A stretch of 64,000 bases of DNA, taken from assembly GCA_964355135.1 (NCBI GenBank), contig CAYHCG010000001.1, positions 146,138-210,137 on the forward strand, given 5' to 3'. The position numbers and the translations under genes were made by a program. Shown piece by piece: positions 1 through 8,681 of this stretch (position 1 is its first letter; the number at the start of each line of letters is the position of its first letter). The stretch is from Candidatus Woesearchaeota archaeon. Its GTDB lineage: Archaea; Nanobdellota; Nanobdellia; Pacearchaeales; GW2011-AR1. The notes under the pieces are model-generated. The model had not been told where the DNA came from. It did not search any database and saw nothing but the letters and a program-made list of their open reading frames with translations.

Positions 1-1113
1 TTTTATATTTGAAGCATCTGTAATCGGGGCTTGAGAAAGTACTACACTAATTTCTTTTTGGGCAACAACTCCTTCGGTAATTACTGTACTTTGAAAAGGC
101 GCATGAAAGAAAAAAGTAGCCTGCTTTCTCTTTTTTACTAGTTCCCTTAACTCTGTTGGAGATTTTAAATTGGATATGATTTCTCCAATGAGTAATTGAT
201 TCATCTCTTCCAGAGATAAATTAAGTAATTTTGCCGCTTCCGTGAAATGTTCCTCTAGAGCGTAGGTTACATAGGGTATCACAAATGTTGATAATTCATC
301 CTTAAAATAGATCATTGCCTTTAGCAAATAGATATTTTCTGCAATTTCTTTAGGAACCGGGATTGTTTTTTTAGGGTTTTGCATCATTTTGCTTATGATA
401 TCGGGGAAGAAAGATTCCAGTGTACGTTTTCCTGCATTTATTGAAGTAAGGCAGAAGTACTTCTTAGCTAAAGCATCTATTTGGATATTTAGATTATTAT
501 CTTTTTCATAGAGCTTTTTTATGCCTTCTACGTCGACTATTCCATACTTGTTTTTAATTTCTTGGGCGATTTGAAGAGTGTCAGAAGAATATTCCACTAA
601 AAAAGTTGGTTTGATAGGATGGCTAAATTGAGCTAAGATATTAGAAGATTCTTCAACTGAGTGGTTAATTTTGAGTTGATCAAGGATGACTCTTTCAATT
701 TCTGAGCTTAATAGATAGAAAGCATTGCTATATGGATAGATAAAACTGAGTTCTTTGTAAAGAGATTCGAATAGAGCAATGAGTTCTTGACGATTATATT
801 TGCTTGTACGGGCCCCTTCTACTAACTCTTTTAGAGCGGAAAAATGCTTATCAAACTCTACAAGTTGAGTGTCCATCCATGCACGCGAAAGCTTGCTTTT
901 GAGTGCATTAAGAATTATTTCTGAACCTTTATCCTGCATATATCCTACAAACTCAGAGTCAATTACTTGATAGACAAATCCTACGTCTGTTCCTGTCAAT
1001 CTCTGATATCCCTTGAAATATAAGTCGCTGCACCAAAACGAAAGGGGCAAAGGGGAGTGATACTCCTGAAAAGCGAGTTGGAACTGCAATCCTTTATATT
1101 TTATTTCTGTCAT
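1..1113 (-). CDS. hypothetical protein, C-terminally truncated by the window edge (371 N-terminal codons; not in the supplied ORF track)
   Basis: My own translation of the minus strand from ATG (1113-1111), MTEIKYKGLQFQLAFQEYHSPLPLSFW..., stays open to position 1. It loosely resembles N-terminal regions of PEP-utilising-enzyme-like proteins, but no diagnostic motif lies inside the window. Confidence 0.55.
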   Translation of the reverse strand, partial: MTEIKYKGLQFQLAFQEYHSPLPLSFWCSDLYFKGYQRLTGTDVGFVYQVIDSEFVGYMQDKGSEIILNALKSKLSRAWMDTQLVEFDKHFSALKELVEGARTSKYNRQELIALFESLYKELSFIYPYSNAFYLLSSEIERVILDQLKINHSVEESSNILAQFSHPIKPTFLVEYSSDTLQIAQEIKNKYGIVDVEGIKKLYEKDNNLNIQIDALAKKYFCLTSINAGKRTLESFFPDIISKMMQNPKKTIPVPKEIAENIYLLKAMIYFKDELSTFVIPYVTYALEEHFTEAAKLLNLSLEEMNQLLIGEIISNLKSPTELRELVKKRKQATFFFHAPFQSTVITEGVVAQKEISVVLSQAPITDASNIK

Positions 1114-1160
1114 TGTTTCTTTCCTTTATTATGCTGCGAAAATAGGTGTGATATATGATT

Positions 1161-1180
1161 GGTTCAACCATAATTGAACC
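1161..1180. promoter_or_regulatory. inverted repeat GGTTCAA-N6-TTGAACC in a divergent intergenic region
   Basis: Perfect 7-bp arms read directly. A TATA-like TTTAAATA follows at 1187-1194, about 25 nt before the ATG at 1217. Confidence 0.3.
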
Positions 1181-1216
1181 GAATAGTTTAAATATAGAAT
1201 TGTACTAGGAAGTTAA

Positions 1217-2068
1217 ATGGTACTGCAATTTACTCTTCCCTTAGGAGATGAAAAGGCCGTTAAAGACATAGTATTTACTATTCTTTCTAAAGAATACCCT
1301 CTAAGGATCATAGATTTGATGAATTATTCAAGAAAAAGATATGGGAGGATGGTAACTTTCCAGGCAGTTAGAAAGGCAGTTTTAGAGCTTGTAAAACAGG
1401 ACATACTTGTACAGCAGGAAACCCGATTTTCAATAAATAAGGATTGGGTTGTAAAGGCAAAGAGTTTTGTAGATGGATTATATGAAGGTCTTAACGAGGA
1501 AAAAACAAGTAAAGATGTTGACTCAATAGGCAGCGAAATATCAGTGTTTACTTTTGCTTCGCTGAACGCGATGATGAAATTCTGGCAGGAATTGATTCAT
1601 CAGTGGTATTTAAATTTCCAGAAAGGAGACGAAAATATCAATTGCTATCAGGGAGCCCATATATGGGAGGGACTATTGCATTTAGAAAAAGAGGCACAAA
1701 TTATGGGGCAATTAAAGAAAAAAGGTATTATTTCTTATGCTTTATGCACTAGCAATAGCCCTTTAGACAAGAATATGAAGAGTTTCTATGATCGCCTGGG
1801 GGTAAAAACAACTCTGGATGCATCAACCTCGACTTTTGATAAGAGTTACTATGTGGCCACGTATGGAGATTTAGTTGTCCAGTCACAGTATCCGCAAGAG
1901 ATCGTAGCAGCACTAGAGAAGTTTTTCAAGAAAAACAAGTCTCTTAAGGATCTTGACTTAGTAGAGCTCTCAGATATAGTGAATAAAAAAGTCAAAGTGA
2001 AGTTAACAGTAATAAAGGATCGTGGAATGGCAAAACAAATCAATAAGTCTATATTGTCTGAAATGTAA
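1217..2068 (+). CDS. hypothetical protein with an N-terminal winged-helix-like segment
   Basis: 283-aa ORF with a TATA-like box about 25 nt upstream. The N-terminus (IIDLMNYSRKRYGRMVTFQAVRKAVLELVKQDILV) has a wHTH-like pattern. Confidence 0.55.
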   Translation: MVLQFTLPLGDEKAVKDIVFTILSKEYPLRIIDLMNYSRKRYGRMVTFQAVRKAVLELVKQDILVQQETRFSINKDWVVKAKSFVDGLYEGLNEEKTSKDVDSIGSEISVFTFASLNAMMKFWQELIHQWYLNFQKGDENINCYQGAHIWEGLLHLEKEAQIMGQLKKKGIISYALCTSNSPLDKNMKSFYDRLGVKTTLDASTSTFDKSYYVATYGDLVVQSQYPQEIVAALEKFFKKNKSLKDLDLVELSDIVNKKVKVKLTVIKDRGMAKQINKSILSEM

Positions 2069-2105
2069 TGATAAATAATAAATAGCTCTCTGATCTATCG
2101 ATTAG

Positions 2106-2849
2106 ATGAAAATCATCTCCTGGAACGTAAACGGAATAAATTCATGTATTAGCAAGGGTTTACTTACTTTTATGAAAGCGGAAAATGCAGATATCTATTG
2201 TTTTCAGGAAGTAAAGGCAACAAAGGAAAAAATGCCTAAACTCGATGATTATTATGAGTTTCATTCACATGCCATTAAGAAAGGATATAGTGGAGTGTCT
2301 ACTTTCTCTAAAATTAAGCCTCTTTCTGTGATAGAAGGTATAGGGAAGGATATATTTGACCGTGAAGGAAGAGTTTTAACTCTAGAATTTGATGATTTCT
2401 TCCTGATTAATGCCTATTTTCCCCATTCTCATAGAGAACTGAAAAGACTCGACTATAAACTAAGTTTCAATAAAAATTTCTTAGAGTTCTGCAAACGTCT
2501 GCAGAAGAGCAAACCTGTAATCATTGCATCTGATTTCAATGTTGCACATAAGGAGATCGATCTAAAAAACTGGAAAGCGAATCAAAGAGGAGCAGGATTT
2601 ACAATTGAGGAGAGAAACTGGTTTGATGATTTCCTAAAAGAAGGATTTATAGATACTTTCAGAGAATTTACTAAAGAAGGAGGTCACTATACTTGGTGGG
2701 GATACATGAATAATGCCAGAATGAGGGATATTGGTTGGCGTATTGACTACTTTATTTTAAGCAATGACCTAAAAAATAGGCTAAAGGGAAGCAAAATACT
2801 GAAAAATGTTATGGGATCTGACCACTGCCCTATTAGCCTAGAGATATGA
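2106..2849 (+). CDS. xth: exodeoxyribonuclease III / AP endonuclease (EEP superfamily)
   Basis: MKIISWNVNG...DIYCFQEVK...SGVS...DFNVAHKEIDL...WWGY...GWRIDYF...SDHCP are the classic ExoIII motifs in the correct order. Confidence 0.9.
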   Translation: MKIISWNVNGINSCISKGLLTFMKAENADIYCFQEVKATKEKMPKLDDYYEFHSHAIKKGYSGVSTFSKIKPLSVIEGIGKDIFDREGRVLTLEFDDFFLINAYFPHSHRELKRLDYKLSFNKNFLEFCKRLQKSKPVIIASDFNVAHKEIDLKNWKANQRGAGFTIEERNWFDDFLKEGFIDTFREFTKEGGHYTWWGYMNNARMRDIGWRIDYFILSNDLKNRLKGSKILKNVMGSDHCPISLEI

Positions 2850-3183
2850 AAGTGAAGTATTATTTAGACAGCCGCCTTTGTAACGAAATTGCTGTAAAGG
2901 CAGGAATTAAACGAATTTTTAGAGGAGAAAACTAAAGTACTGTGAAATAATATTTTTAGAAAAATGTTATTTTTGTCAAATCTATCGACGGAAAAATAGT
3001 TTAATTAAATCAAAGTAACAACAAAAATATTGCTTCAAAATGTAATAGTGTTTAAATAAGAAACAGGATAGACCAATTCATGTTTGGAAAAAAAGAGACA
3101 TCACTCAAAGATTGCAGCACAATAGAAATCAAACAAAATTCTACACTCCTACTATCAACTGAAAGGAGGTTTGAAAAATAGAG

Positions 3184-4254
3184 ATGAAAACTGCACTTAA
3201 TCTTATAGTATTAAGTCTATTGATAATCTCCGTAATACCGGGTGTCTTAGCCAATAGCGTAGGCACAGGAGTAGATCTAAACATCGAAACAGAAGACTTC
3301 GAACCTCTTGTCTTCCTTTGTGGGGACAGAGTAGTTTATGATGATGCTACTGAGCCTGGAAGAATTTCCTTAGATGGCGAAACACTTGTAGAAAGAATAA
3401 ATAATTATGCTTTCGAAGGTGAACAAGTCGTATGGGAAGTTTTGGTTGTTGATAAGAACGGTATAGAAAAAATCAGGGATGTCTACGGAACTGTTGGATC
3501 CTCTCAAGGAGCAGGAAACGACATTGAAGTCAATTGTGACTTCCAAGAAGTAGCTAGCGATGTTAGCGAAGAATGTAACGCAAGAATCCTTGAAGAAAGT
3601 TTGACAGGTGAAGACTTGTCAGAAATCGGTGCTTACTACACATGTACATTTACAGTAGAAACTGCAGATAGCATGTATGGTGAATACTGGTTGACAGTTG
3701 AAGCTGAAGACAACGATGGTTTGTTAGGTACAATGGATGAGAACGAATATTGGTTCTTCAATCCAGTTATTGCTTTGAGCATACAAGGAGACCTTACATT
3801 CGAAAATGTAAGACCTGGTACATCCAGTTACTCCGACACATTGCTTGTTGGTAATGATGCAGATGAAGGAAGCGGAGTCATGATGGATATGTTTATATCT
3901 GGAACTGACTTCTATGACTCATCCAGCAGCGGCGCTATGTGCCCAACCACAAATCAGTTGAGTCTTGAGACATTTAGCTACTTTGTAACTAATGGGGCAT
4001 ACTCCTCATTACAGGATCCTAGAAGAGATGCAGAAGGATATGTTCCAATAGAATATGGAATCGGATTCAATAATCCTGATCCATTCTATGACAACAATGA
4101 AATCCTTCAGGCACAACACGTAGGACCTTACTGGGTAGCAAACATTTTGGCTCCTGGAGCTGAAATGGCTTTGACATTCAGACTAGACTTACCTGAACCA
4201 TGTAACGGAGACTTCGATACTGGAAGTATATACTTCTGGGGAGAAGCTATCTAA
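3184..4254 (+). CDS. secreted acidic protein of unknown function
   Basis: A GGAGG Shine-Dalgarno sequence lies upstream. The N-terminal signal-like segment is MKTALNLIVLSLLIISVIPGVLA and the mature part is acidic. Confidence 0.7.
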   Translation: MKTALNLIVLSLLIISVIPGVLANSVGTGVDLNIETEDFEPLVFLCGDRVVYDDATEPGRISLDGETLVERINNYAFEGEQVVWEVLVVDKNGIEKIRDVYGTVGSSQGAGNDIEVNCDFQEVASDVSEECNARILEESLTGEDLSEIGAYYTCTFTVETADSMYGEYWLTVEAEDNDGLLGTMDENEYWFFNPVIALSIQGDLTFENVRPGTSSYSDTLLVGNDADEGSGVMMDMFISGTDFYDSSSSGAMCPTTNQLSLETFSYFVTNGAYSSLQDPRRDAEGYVPIEYGIGFNNPDPFYDNNEILQAQHVGPYWVANILAPGAEMALTFRLDLPEPCNGDFDTGSIYFWGEAI

Positions 4255-4264
4255 TTGGACTAAA

Positions 4265-4286
4265 TTTTTTTTATTTTTTTATTTTT
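4265..4286 (+). terminator. oligo-T tract (archaeal-type terminator candidate)
   Basis: Runs of T8, T7 and T5 lie immediately after the stop codon of 3184-4254. Confidence 0.35.
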
Positions 4287-4321
4287 ACTTTATCAAAAAG
4301 CTCGAAAGAACTTTGGGATCG

Positions 4322-4394
4322 TCAGGATGCGTAAACATCCTGAGATAATCAAAAACCCGGTGCGCGGGTCTCGAGGGAGAAATCCCTTGCGCAC
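4322..4394 (+). ncRNA. candidate structured RNA or structured 5' leader
   Basis: This is a G+C-rich island in an AT-rich spacer. There is an 8-bp hairpin, TCAGGATG/CATCCTGA (4322-4343). A 6-bp outer stem GTGCGC/GCGCAC (4360-4365 with 4389-4394) encloses AGGGA-GAAA-TCCCT (4374-4387), which has a GNRA-type loop. Confidence 0.3.
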
Positions 4395-4408
4395 AAACAA
4401 AGGAAAAA

Positions 4409-6118
4409 ATGGAAACAAAACAAAGAAGAAATATGAAGGGAGCAATTACTCTTGTACTAGCTCTGGCACTGGCTCTTATTGCCATGCCTCTTGTAGCTGC
4501 AGATAGTTATCAATTATACTGCCTTAGTAGCGGACAGGTACTTGATTTACCTGCTTTATGCAATCCTGAAATGGATAAGAGAACAGGACCTATCAATATC
4601 TGCATGCACATTCTTGACAATGGGAAAATATGCCCTGTTACCATCAATGTTTGTAATAATCTTGCATTAAGCTGTAGTTTTAATGGTGGGAATACCACTG
4701 TAGATCAAGATCCTCCACATATGGACATTAATTCTCCTGTAGAAGGAGAGATCTATGGAGATAGATCTATCTTAGTTGATATTGATCCTGATGAATCTGC
4801 AAGCCTATATTATATGGATAATGATGAAGAAAGATTAGGATGGAAACAACTTTGTTCTAGATGCTCTTCTTATTCTAGAGAAAGAAGCTTTAAAGAAGGA
4901 AGAAATGACTTAACATTTAAAGCTGTAGATGAGTCAGGAAACGAAGCAACTTTCGATGTAGTATTTTATATTGATAGCATAGATCCAAAGATATCGAAGA
5001 CTGCTCCTACAAAAGGTTTCGCAGGTGGAATATTCAATGTATCTTTCCAGGAATCAAGCCCTTCAGGTTTAGTACTAAATTATGGGAATATAGAAACTGG
5101 AATGAGATCACGTACTGTTGATATAGAAAACGACTGCACACAGAATGTTGACAAATATGCTTGTATGGTAGAAGTAGACTTATCAAACTTTGATGAGGAA
5201 ACTATAGAGTATAGTTTCGTACTAGAAGATATAGGCGGCAACAGTATTGAGAGTAAAATAATACTACTTCCTGTTGACTATAGTGATCCTAGAATCAACT
5301 CACTAGATTATACAATAGAAGGAAAATCAGTGACTTTCATGATTGATGTTACAGAGCAAAATCTAGACAAAATAACATATATTGATACAACGGACCCAAA
5401 AGCTAAAGAGAAAACATTATGCTCTGGAAGCCAGGGAATATTATGTGAAAAGAAAGTCAGTTTCAAAGATGGAGATCACACCGTAGCTATCAGAGCAAGA
5501 GATAAGGCAGGAAATATGGCAGAACAGACTGTTGTGTTCTTCACAGACTCTACAAAACCTAAGATTAAGAAAATGCTACCTACTGGAGGATTTGCATCTG
5601 GTGACTTTTATGTTGAATTTGAAGAGCAGAATGCTGTGAGCTTGATATTGCACTATGGTAATGGAGCTGACGATAGAAACAGTAATATTGACTTGAATGG
5701 TTGCGCAGACTTAGGCAGCGGAAAACATACCTGCACAGCTGATGTAGACTTAACAGATTATGATGGAGAGAGTATTCAGTACTGGTTTGAGATTAATGAT
5801 AGAGTCAACAATACTGTCTTGTCAAAGAGTATAAAACTTATGGTTGATATTACTAATCCTGCAATCACTGAGATAACTCATGTTGAGAATGGCGAGACAT
5901 CACAGGTTACTTTGAGTATTACAGAAATAAACTTTGATGAAGCAACGTACATGAATAATGATGATCTAACGCCTAAGGAAAGATCATTCTGCTCAAGTTT
6001 GAAAGCAGGCAAATGCACAAAGAAACTAGCATTAAATACCGGAGAGAATCATTTGACATTCTATGTCTATGATGACGCAGGCAATGCATTTGCACAGAAT
6101 TTAGAAATAACAGTTTAA
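4409..6118 (+). CDS. secreted Ig-like repeat protein (internal duplication; paralog of the C-terminal half of 46217-48364)
   Basis: The signal peptide is KGAITLVLALALALIAMPLVA. Two units of about 190 aa begin DSIDPKISKTAPTKGFAGG... and DSTKPKIKKMLPTGGFASG..., and each ends in a D-x-AGN motif. Confidence 0.8.
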   Translation: METKQRRNMKGAITLVLALALALIAMPLVAADSYQLYCLSSGQVLDLPALCNPEMDKRTGPINICMHILDNGKICPVTINVCNNLALSCSFNGGNTTVDQDPPHMDINSPVEGEIYGDRSILVDIDPDESASLYYMDNDEERLGWKQLCSRCSSYSRERSFKEGRNDLTFKAVDESGNEATFDVVFYIDSIDPKISKTAPTKGFAGGIFNVSFQESSPSGLVLNYGNIETGMRSRTVDIENDCTQNVDKYACMVEVDLSNFDEETIEYSFVLEDIGGNSIESKIILLPVDYSDPRINSLDYTIEGKSVTFMIDVTEQNLDKITYIDTTDPKAKEKTLCSGSQGILCEKKVSFKDGDHTVAIRARDKAGNMAEQTVVFFTDSTKPKIKKMLPTGGFASGDFYVEFEEQNAVSLILHYGNGADDRNSNIDLNGCADLGSGKHTCTADVDLTDYDGESIQYWFEINDRVNNTVLSKSIKLMVDITNPAITEITHVENGETSQVTLSITEINFDEATYMNNDDLTPKERSFCSSLKAGKCTKKLALNTGENHLTFYVYDDAGNAFAQNLEITV

Positions 6119-6188
6119 TTGATTGGATTAATAATTTTATTAATTTCATAAGAGAAAGTTTTAAATATTTCCGATGTTATAAGAAACT

Positions 6189-6401
6189 ATGCAGAATATA
6201 GTATCTAACTTTGAATCGTTAAGGGAAGAAGACTTTTCAGAATATGCTGGAGAGTGGATAGCAGTTATTAAGAGTAAAATAGTTGAACATGGGAATTCCT
6301 TTAAAGAAGTGTATAGCAAAGTGAAGTTGAAATATCCCATAGAAAGACCCCTTATAGGAAAAGTTCCAGAAAGAGATTTTATTACACTTTCTGTGCATTA
6401 A
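6189..6401 (+). CDS. small DUF5678-like protein
   Basis: The YAGEWIAVIKSKIVEHGNSFKEVYSKV pattern is present. The gene is separated by 1 nt from the downstream protease-like gene. Confidence 0.5.
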   Translation: MQNIVSNFESLREEDFSEYAGEWIAVIKSKIVEHGNSFKEVYSKVKLKYPIERPLIGKVPERDFITLSVH

Positions 6402-6402
6402 G

Positions 6403-6813
6403 ATGACCTTTTCTTTCAAATACAAACCTGAAAGATTAAGATCCGGATCGGTTTTATACAGGCCAATAATTCCCATTACGTTAGAAGGTAAAGAGAAGAT
6501 AGATGTTTTTTCTATACTGGACTCAGGTTCAGATATGACTATTATACCTATGGAAATAGCGGAGGTATTGGACATTAAATACAAAAAAGAAAATGAACTT
6601 TTTGGAATAACCGGAGGGCCTGTAAAAACACATGAGGGAAAATTAAGAATTTCTTTTGGTAAAGGACATGAGGTTTACAGCTTTGAAATACCCGTTCTTG
6701 TTCCTGAAAAAGAAAATCTCTCGGTCATTATTGGCAGAGCCGGATTTTTTAGCCAGTTTAAGATAACTTTTATAGAATCAGAAAGAAAAATGGAATTCAA
6801 GAAAATTATATAA
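6403..6813 (+). CDS. retropepsin-like (clan AA) aspartic protease domain protein
   Basis: The motif ILDSGSDMTIIP (D-S/T-G) lies in a 136-aa protein, and IIGRAGF lies near the C-terminus. Confidence 0.65.
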   Translation: MTFSFKYKPERLRSGSVLYRPIIPITLEGKEKIDVFSILDSGSDMTIIPMEIAEVLDIKYKKENELFGITGGPVKTHEGKLRISFGKGHEVYSFEIPVLVPEKENLSVIIGRAGFFSQFKITFIESERKMEFKKII

Positions 6814-6844
6814 AGGTGATAACTTTTTACTGGTTATAAGAAAA

Positions 6845-7105
6845 ATGGAAATAACATATGATAAAGACGCAGATGCATTGTACATTGAATTTAGCTATGC
6901 AGAATTCGTCAAGAATGAGATTCTTGAACGTGCTCGAGATGTTACAAAATCTCGACATGCTAAAAATAAGAAAATAGACAGCAAGACAATCATAGATATA
7001 GATAAAAATGATCAAATTATAGGCATAGAATTACTAGATGTTAGCCATCGTATCCCCAGAAATTTCTTACAGAAAGTAAAAGTAAATAATATAGAGTTAG
7101 AATAA
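6845..7105 (+). CDS. DUF2283-family small protein
   Basis: MEITYDKDADALYIEF...IIGIELLDVS matches the characteristic DUF2283 pattern. Confidence 0.65.
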   Translation: MEITYDKDADALYIEFSYAEFVKNEILERARDVTKSRHAKNKKIDSKTIIDIDKNDQIIGIELLDVSHRIPRNFLQKVKVNNIELE

Positions 7106-7600
7106 TTATCTTTGATAAATTGTTCCAACTGCTTCAACTATGTCTCGCAGACCTTGAACGTCGTTATAAACTTGTATGGAAGGATGTTTAGCAGCACCAA
7201 TGGCTAGAATGTCAGGTGTTAATTGTCTGTTGACTCGGTAAAATGAAAGGATAGGTAAATCTACTTCATATGCTTCTCTAATTAATTCTGCTGCTTGCGA
7301 AGAAGGCGTGCCTATATCTGCGATTATGAAATCAGAACTAATAAAGTTCCCGAACACTAATGCAGATATTCCGTGAGCGAGAGTATCCTCTGAGATATCC
7401 CTATGAGGCAAGAATGTTATGGCGGGGAATTTTTCCTCAAGAAGAGCGGCAATACTTTCATAGAAAGGAAATTCTCTTGTAGGTTCTGGCTCTTGAGGAC
7501 TAGAAGAAGTGGCAAAGGAAATCAATCTTTGAAGATCGTCTTCTCTAGACGCAATTCTCTTACACCTGTTAGGGTCAGGGTACCGGTTAATAACTACCAT
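7106..7600 (-). CDS. nucleoside 2-deoxyribosyltransferase-like (Rossmann-like) protein, tentative; tandem paralog 1
   Basis: 164 aa. FLPHRD...SDFIIADIGTPSSQAAELIREAYEVDLPIL resembles the NDT-like core (acidic residue after a G/S-x-x segment, then a P-I-L strand). Confidence 0.4.
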   Translation of the reverse strand: MVVINRYPDPNRCKRIASREDDLQRLISFATSSSPQEPEPTREFPFYESIAALLEEKFPAITFLPHRDISEDTLAHGISALVFGNFISSDFIIADIGTPSSQAAELIREAYEVDLPILSFYRVNRQLTPDILAIGAAKHPSIQVYNDVQGLRDIVEAVGTIYQR

Positions 7601-7645
7601 AAAATGATGTTTAAAAATAGGTATAAAAATATTGGTATGGTCAAC

Positions 7646-8140
7646 TTATCTTCCGTAAGCGCGCCTTACTGCTGAAACTATATCTCTGATGCCCTGGACA
7701 TTATTACGGATTATTATGGGATCAAAGTGTTGGGTTGAATATTCTAAAACTCTTTCAGCCGGTTTTCTGTCTGCTCGATAAAAAGGAAGTATGGGTACGT
7801 CATTCGAGTGGCTTTCCGCAATCATCGCCCCCACCTCATAAGAAGGAGTGGCTATATCTGCAATAACCAAGTCTGATTGCACTATGTTTCTAAACAACTC
7901 CTCATAGAGCAGAGGAGCAGAAGTTTGGCTGGCAGCATCACGATGAGGGAGAAATGTCTTTACTCCAACTACTCTCTCTAAGGCTCTAGCTGTACTCTCA
8001 TAGAGGCGAGATTCTTTTGCCGCATCGCTTTCATATTCAAATTGTGAAGAAGTTGCAAAGAAAACTTGGTTAAGAAACTTTTTTCTAGCCTGTACACTCT
8101 TCTGGACCGGAACATAGGGATTATTTATTACCATAAACAT
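7646..8140 (-). CDS. nucleoside 2-deoxyribosyltransferase-like protein, tentative; tandem paralog 2
   Basis: 164 aa and colinear with 7106-7600 (FLPHRD, SDLVIADIATPSYEVGAMIAESHSNDVPILPFYR, VQGIRDIV). Confidence 0.4.
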   Translation of the reverse strand: MFMVINNPYVPVQKSVQARKKFLNQVFFATSSQFEYESDAAKESRLYESTARALERVVGVKTFLPHRDAASQTSAPLLYEELFRNIVQSDLVIADIATPSYEVGAMIAESHSNDVPILPFYRADRKPAERVLEYSTQHFDPIIIRNNVQGIRDIVSAVRRAYGR

Positions 8141-8181
8141 GGAGAAAAATTAGGGTATAAATAGTTAATTATTGCAGGGAA

Positions 8182-8607
8182 CTATTTTCTCTTCCCAGCG
8201 TGTCCAAAATATTCATTGATTTGCTCGGAAGTCCGCCTCATTAATTCTAAGTCTTCTGCTCCTGAACCAGGAGTGCTCAATCGCATTGCGGTGTACGTTT
8301 GCCCGGCACCTATATACCTATTTTGAACAATGAATTCTACTACACTTGCTCCTGCTTCTATGAGGCCGCGATACTTTTTTGTCGTTATGTGAACAGGAAT
8401 TTCATCATCAAGAGGAACAGCAGTATCATCATCTCCTCTTAGAACGTAACCTCCTTCGTAAGTAACTTGCATTCTTCCTGGACTCATTCTTTTACTTAAA
8501 TCTACTAGTATTGTCTGTAATTCATCTTCAAAGACTGGCCTAGGAAATGCTACCTCTAATGATTTAGACAATGTCCTTGCTCCTCCATCTCCTGTCATTC
8601 CCCCCAT
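8182..8607 (-). CDS. hypothetical protein (paralog of 38922-39317)
   Basis: It shares the FPRPV(F/L)E(D/E)E(L/M) N-terminal motif and an EYF C-terminal motif with 38922-39317. A TATA-like CTTTTAAACC lies about 25 nt upstream. Confidence 0.55.
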   Translation of the reverse strand: MGGMTGDGGARTLSKSLEVAFPRPVFEDELQTILVDLSKRMSPGRMQVTYEGGYVLRGDDDTAVPLDDEIPVHITTKKYRGLIEAGASVVEFIVQNRYIGAGQTYTAMRLSTPGSGAEDLELMRRTSEQINEYFGHAGKRK

Positions 8608-8681
8608 ATGAATTAAGACAGGAATTGGTTTAAAAGGATTTGTATAGAAAAACTTAACTAATCTATTTCTTCATTATTATA

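Noticed and set aside
3080-3181. 33-codon upstream ORF (MFGKKETSLKDCSTIEIKQNSTLLLSTERRFEK) ending 2 nt before the ATG of 3184-4254
   Set aside because: It is very short, has no recognisable start context, and I cannot assess its conservation. It is noted only as a possible leader peptide.
4285-4485. 66-aa minus-strand ORF spanning the spacer and the 5' end of 4409-6118
   Set aside because: It overlaps the signal-peptide region of a well-supported + strand gene and has no start context. The open frame is better explained by the G+C-rich hairpin block.
6237-6584. 115-aa minus-strand ORF overlapping 6189-6401 and 6403-6813
   Set aside because: The + strand pair has recognisable motifs (DUF5678-like, D-S-G protease) and tight coupling. 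The antisense ORF has none.
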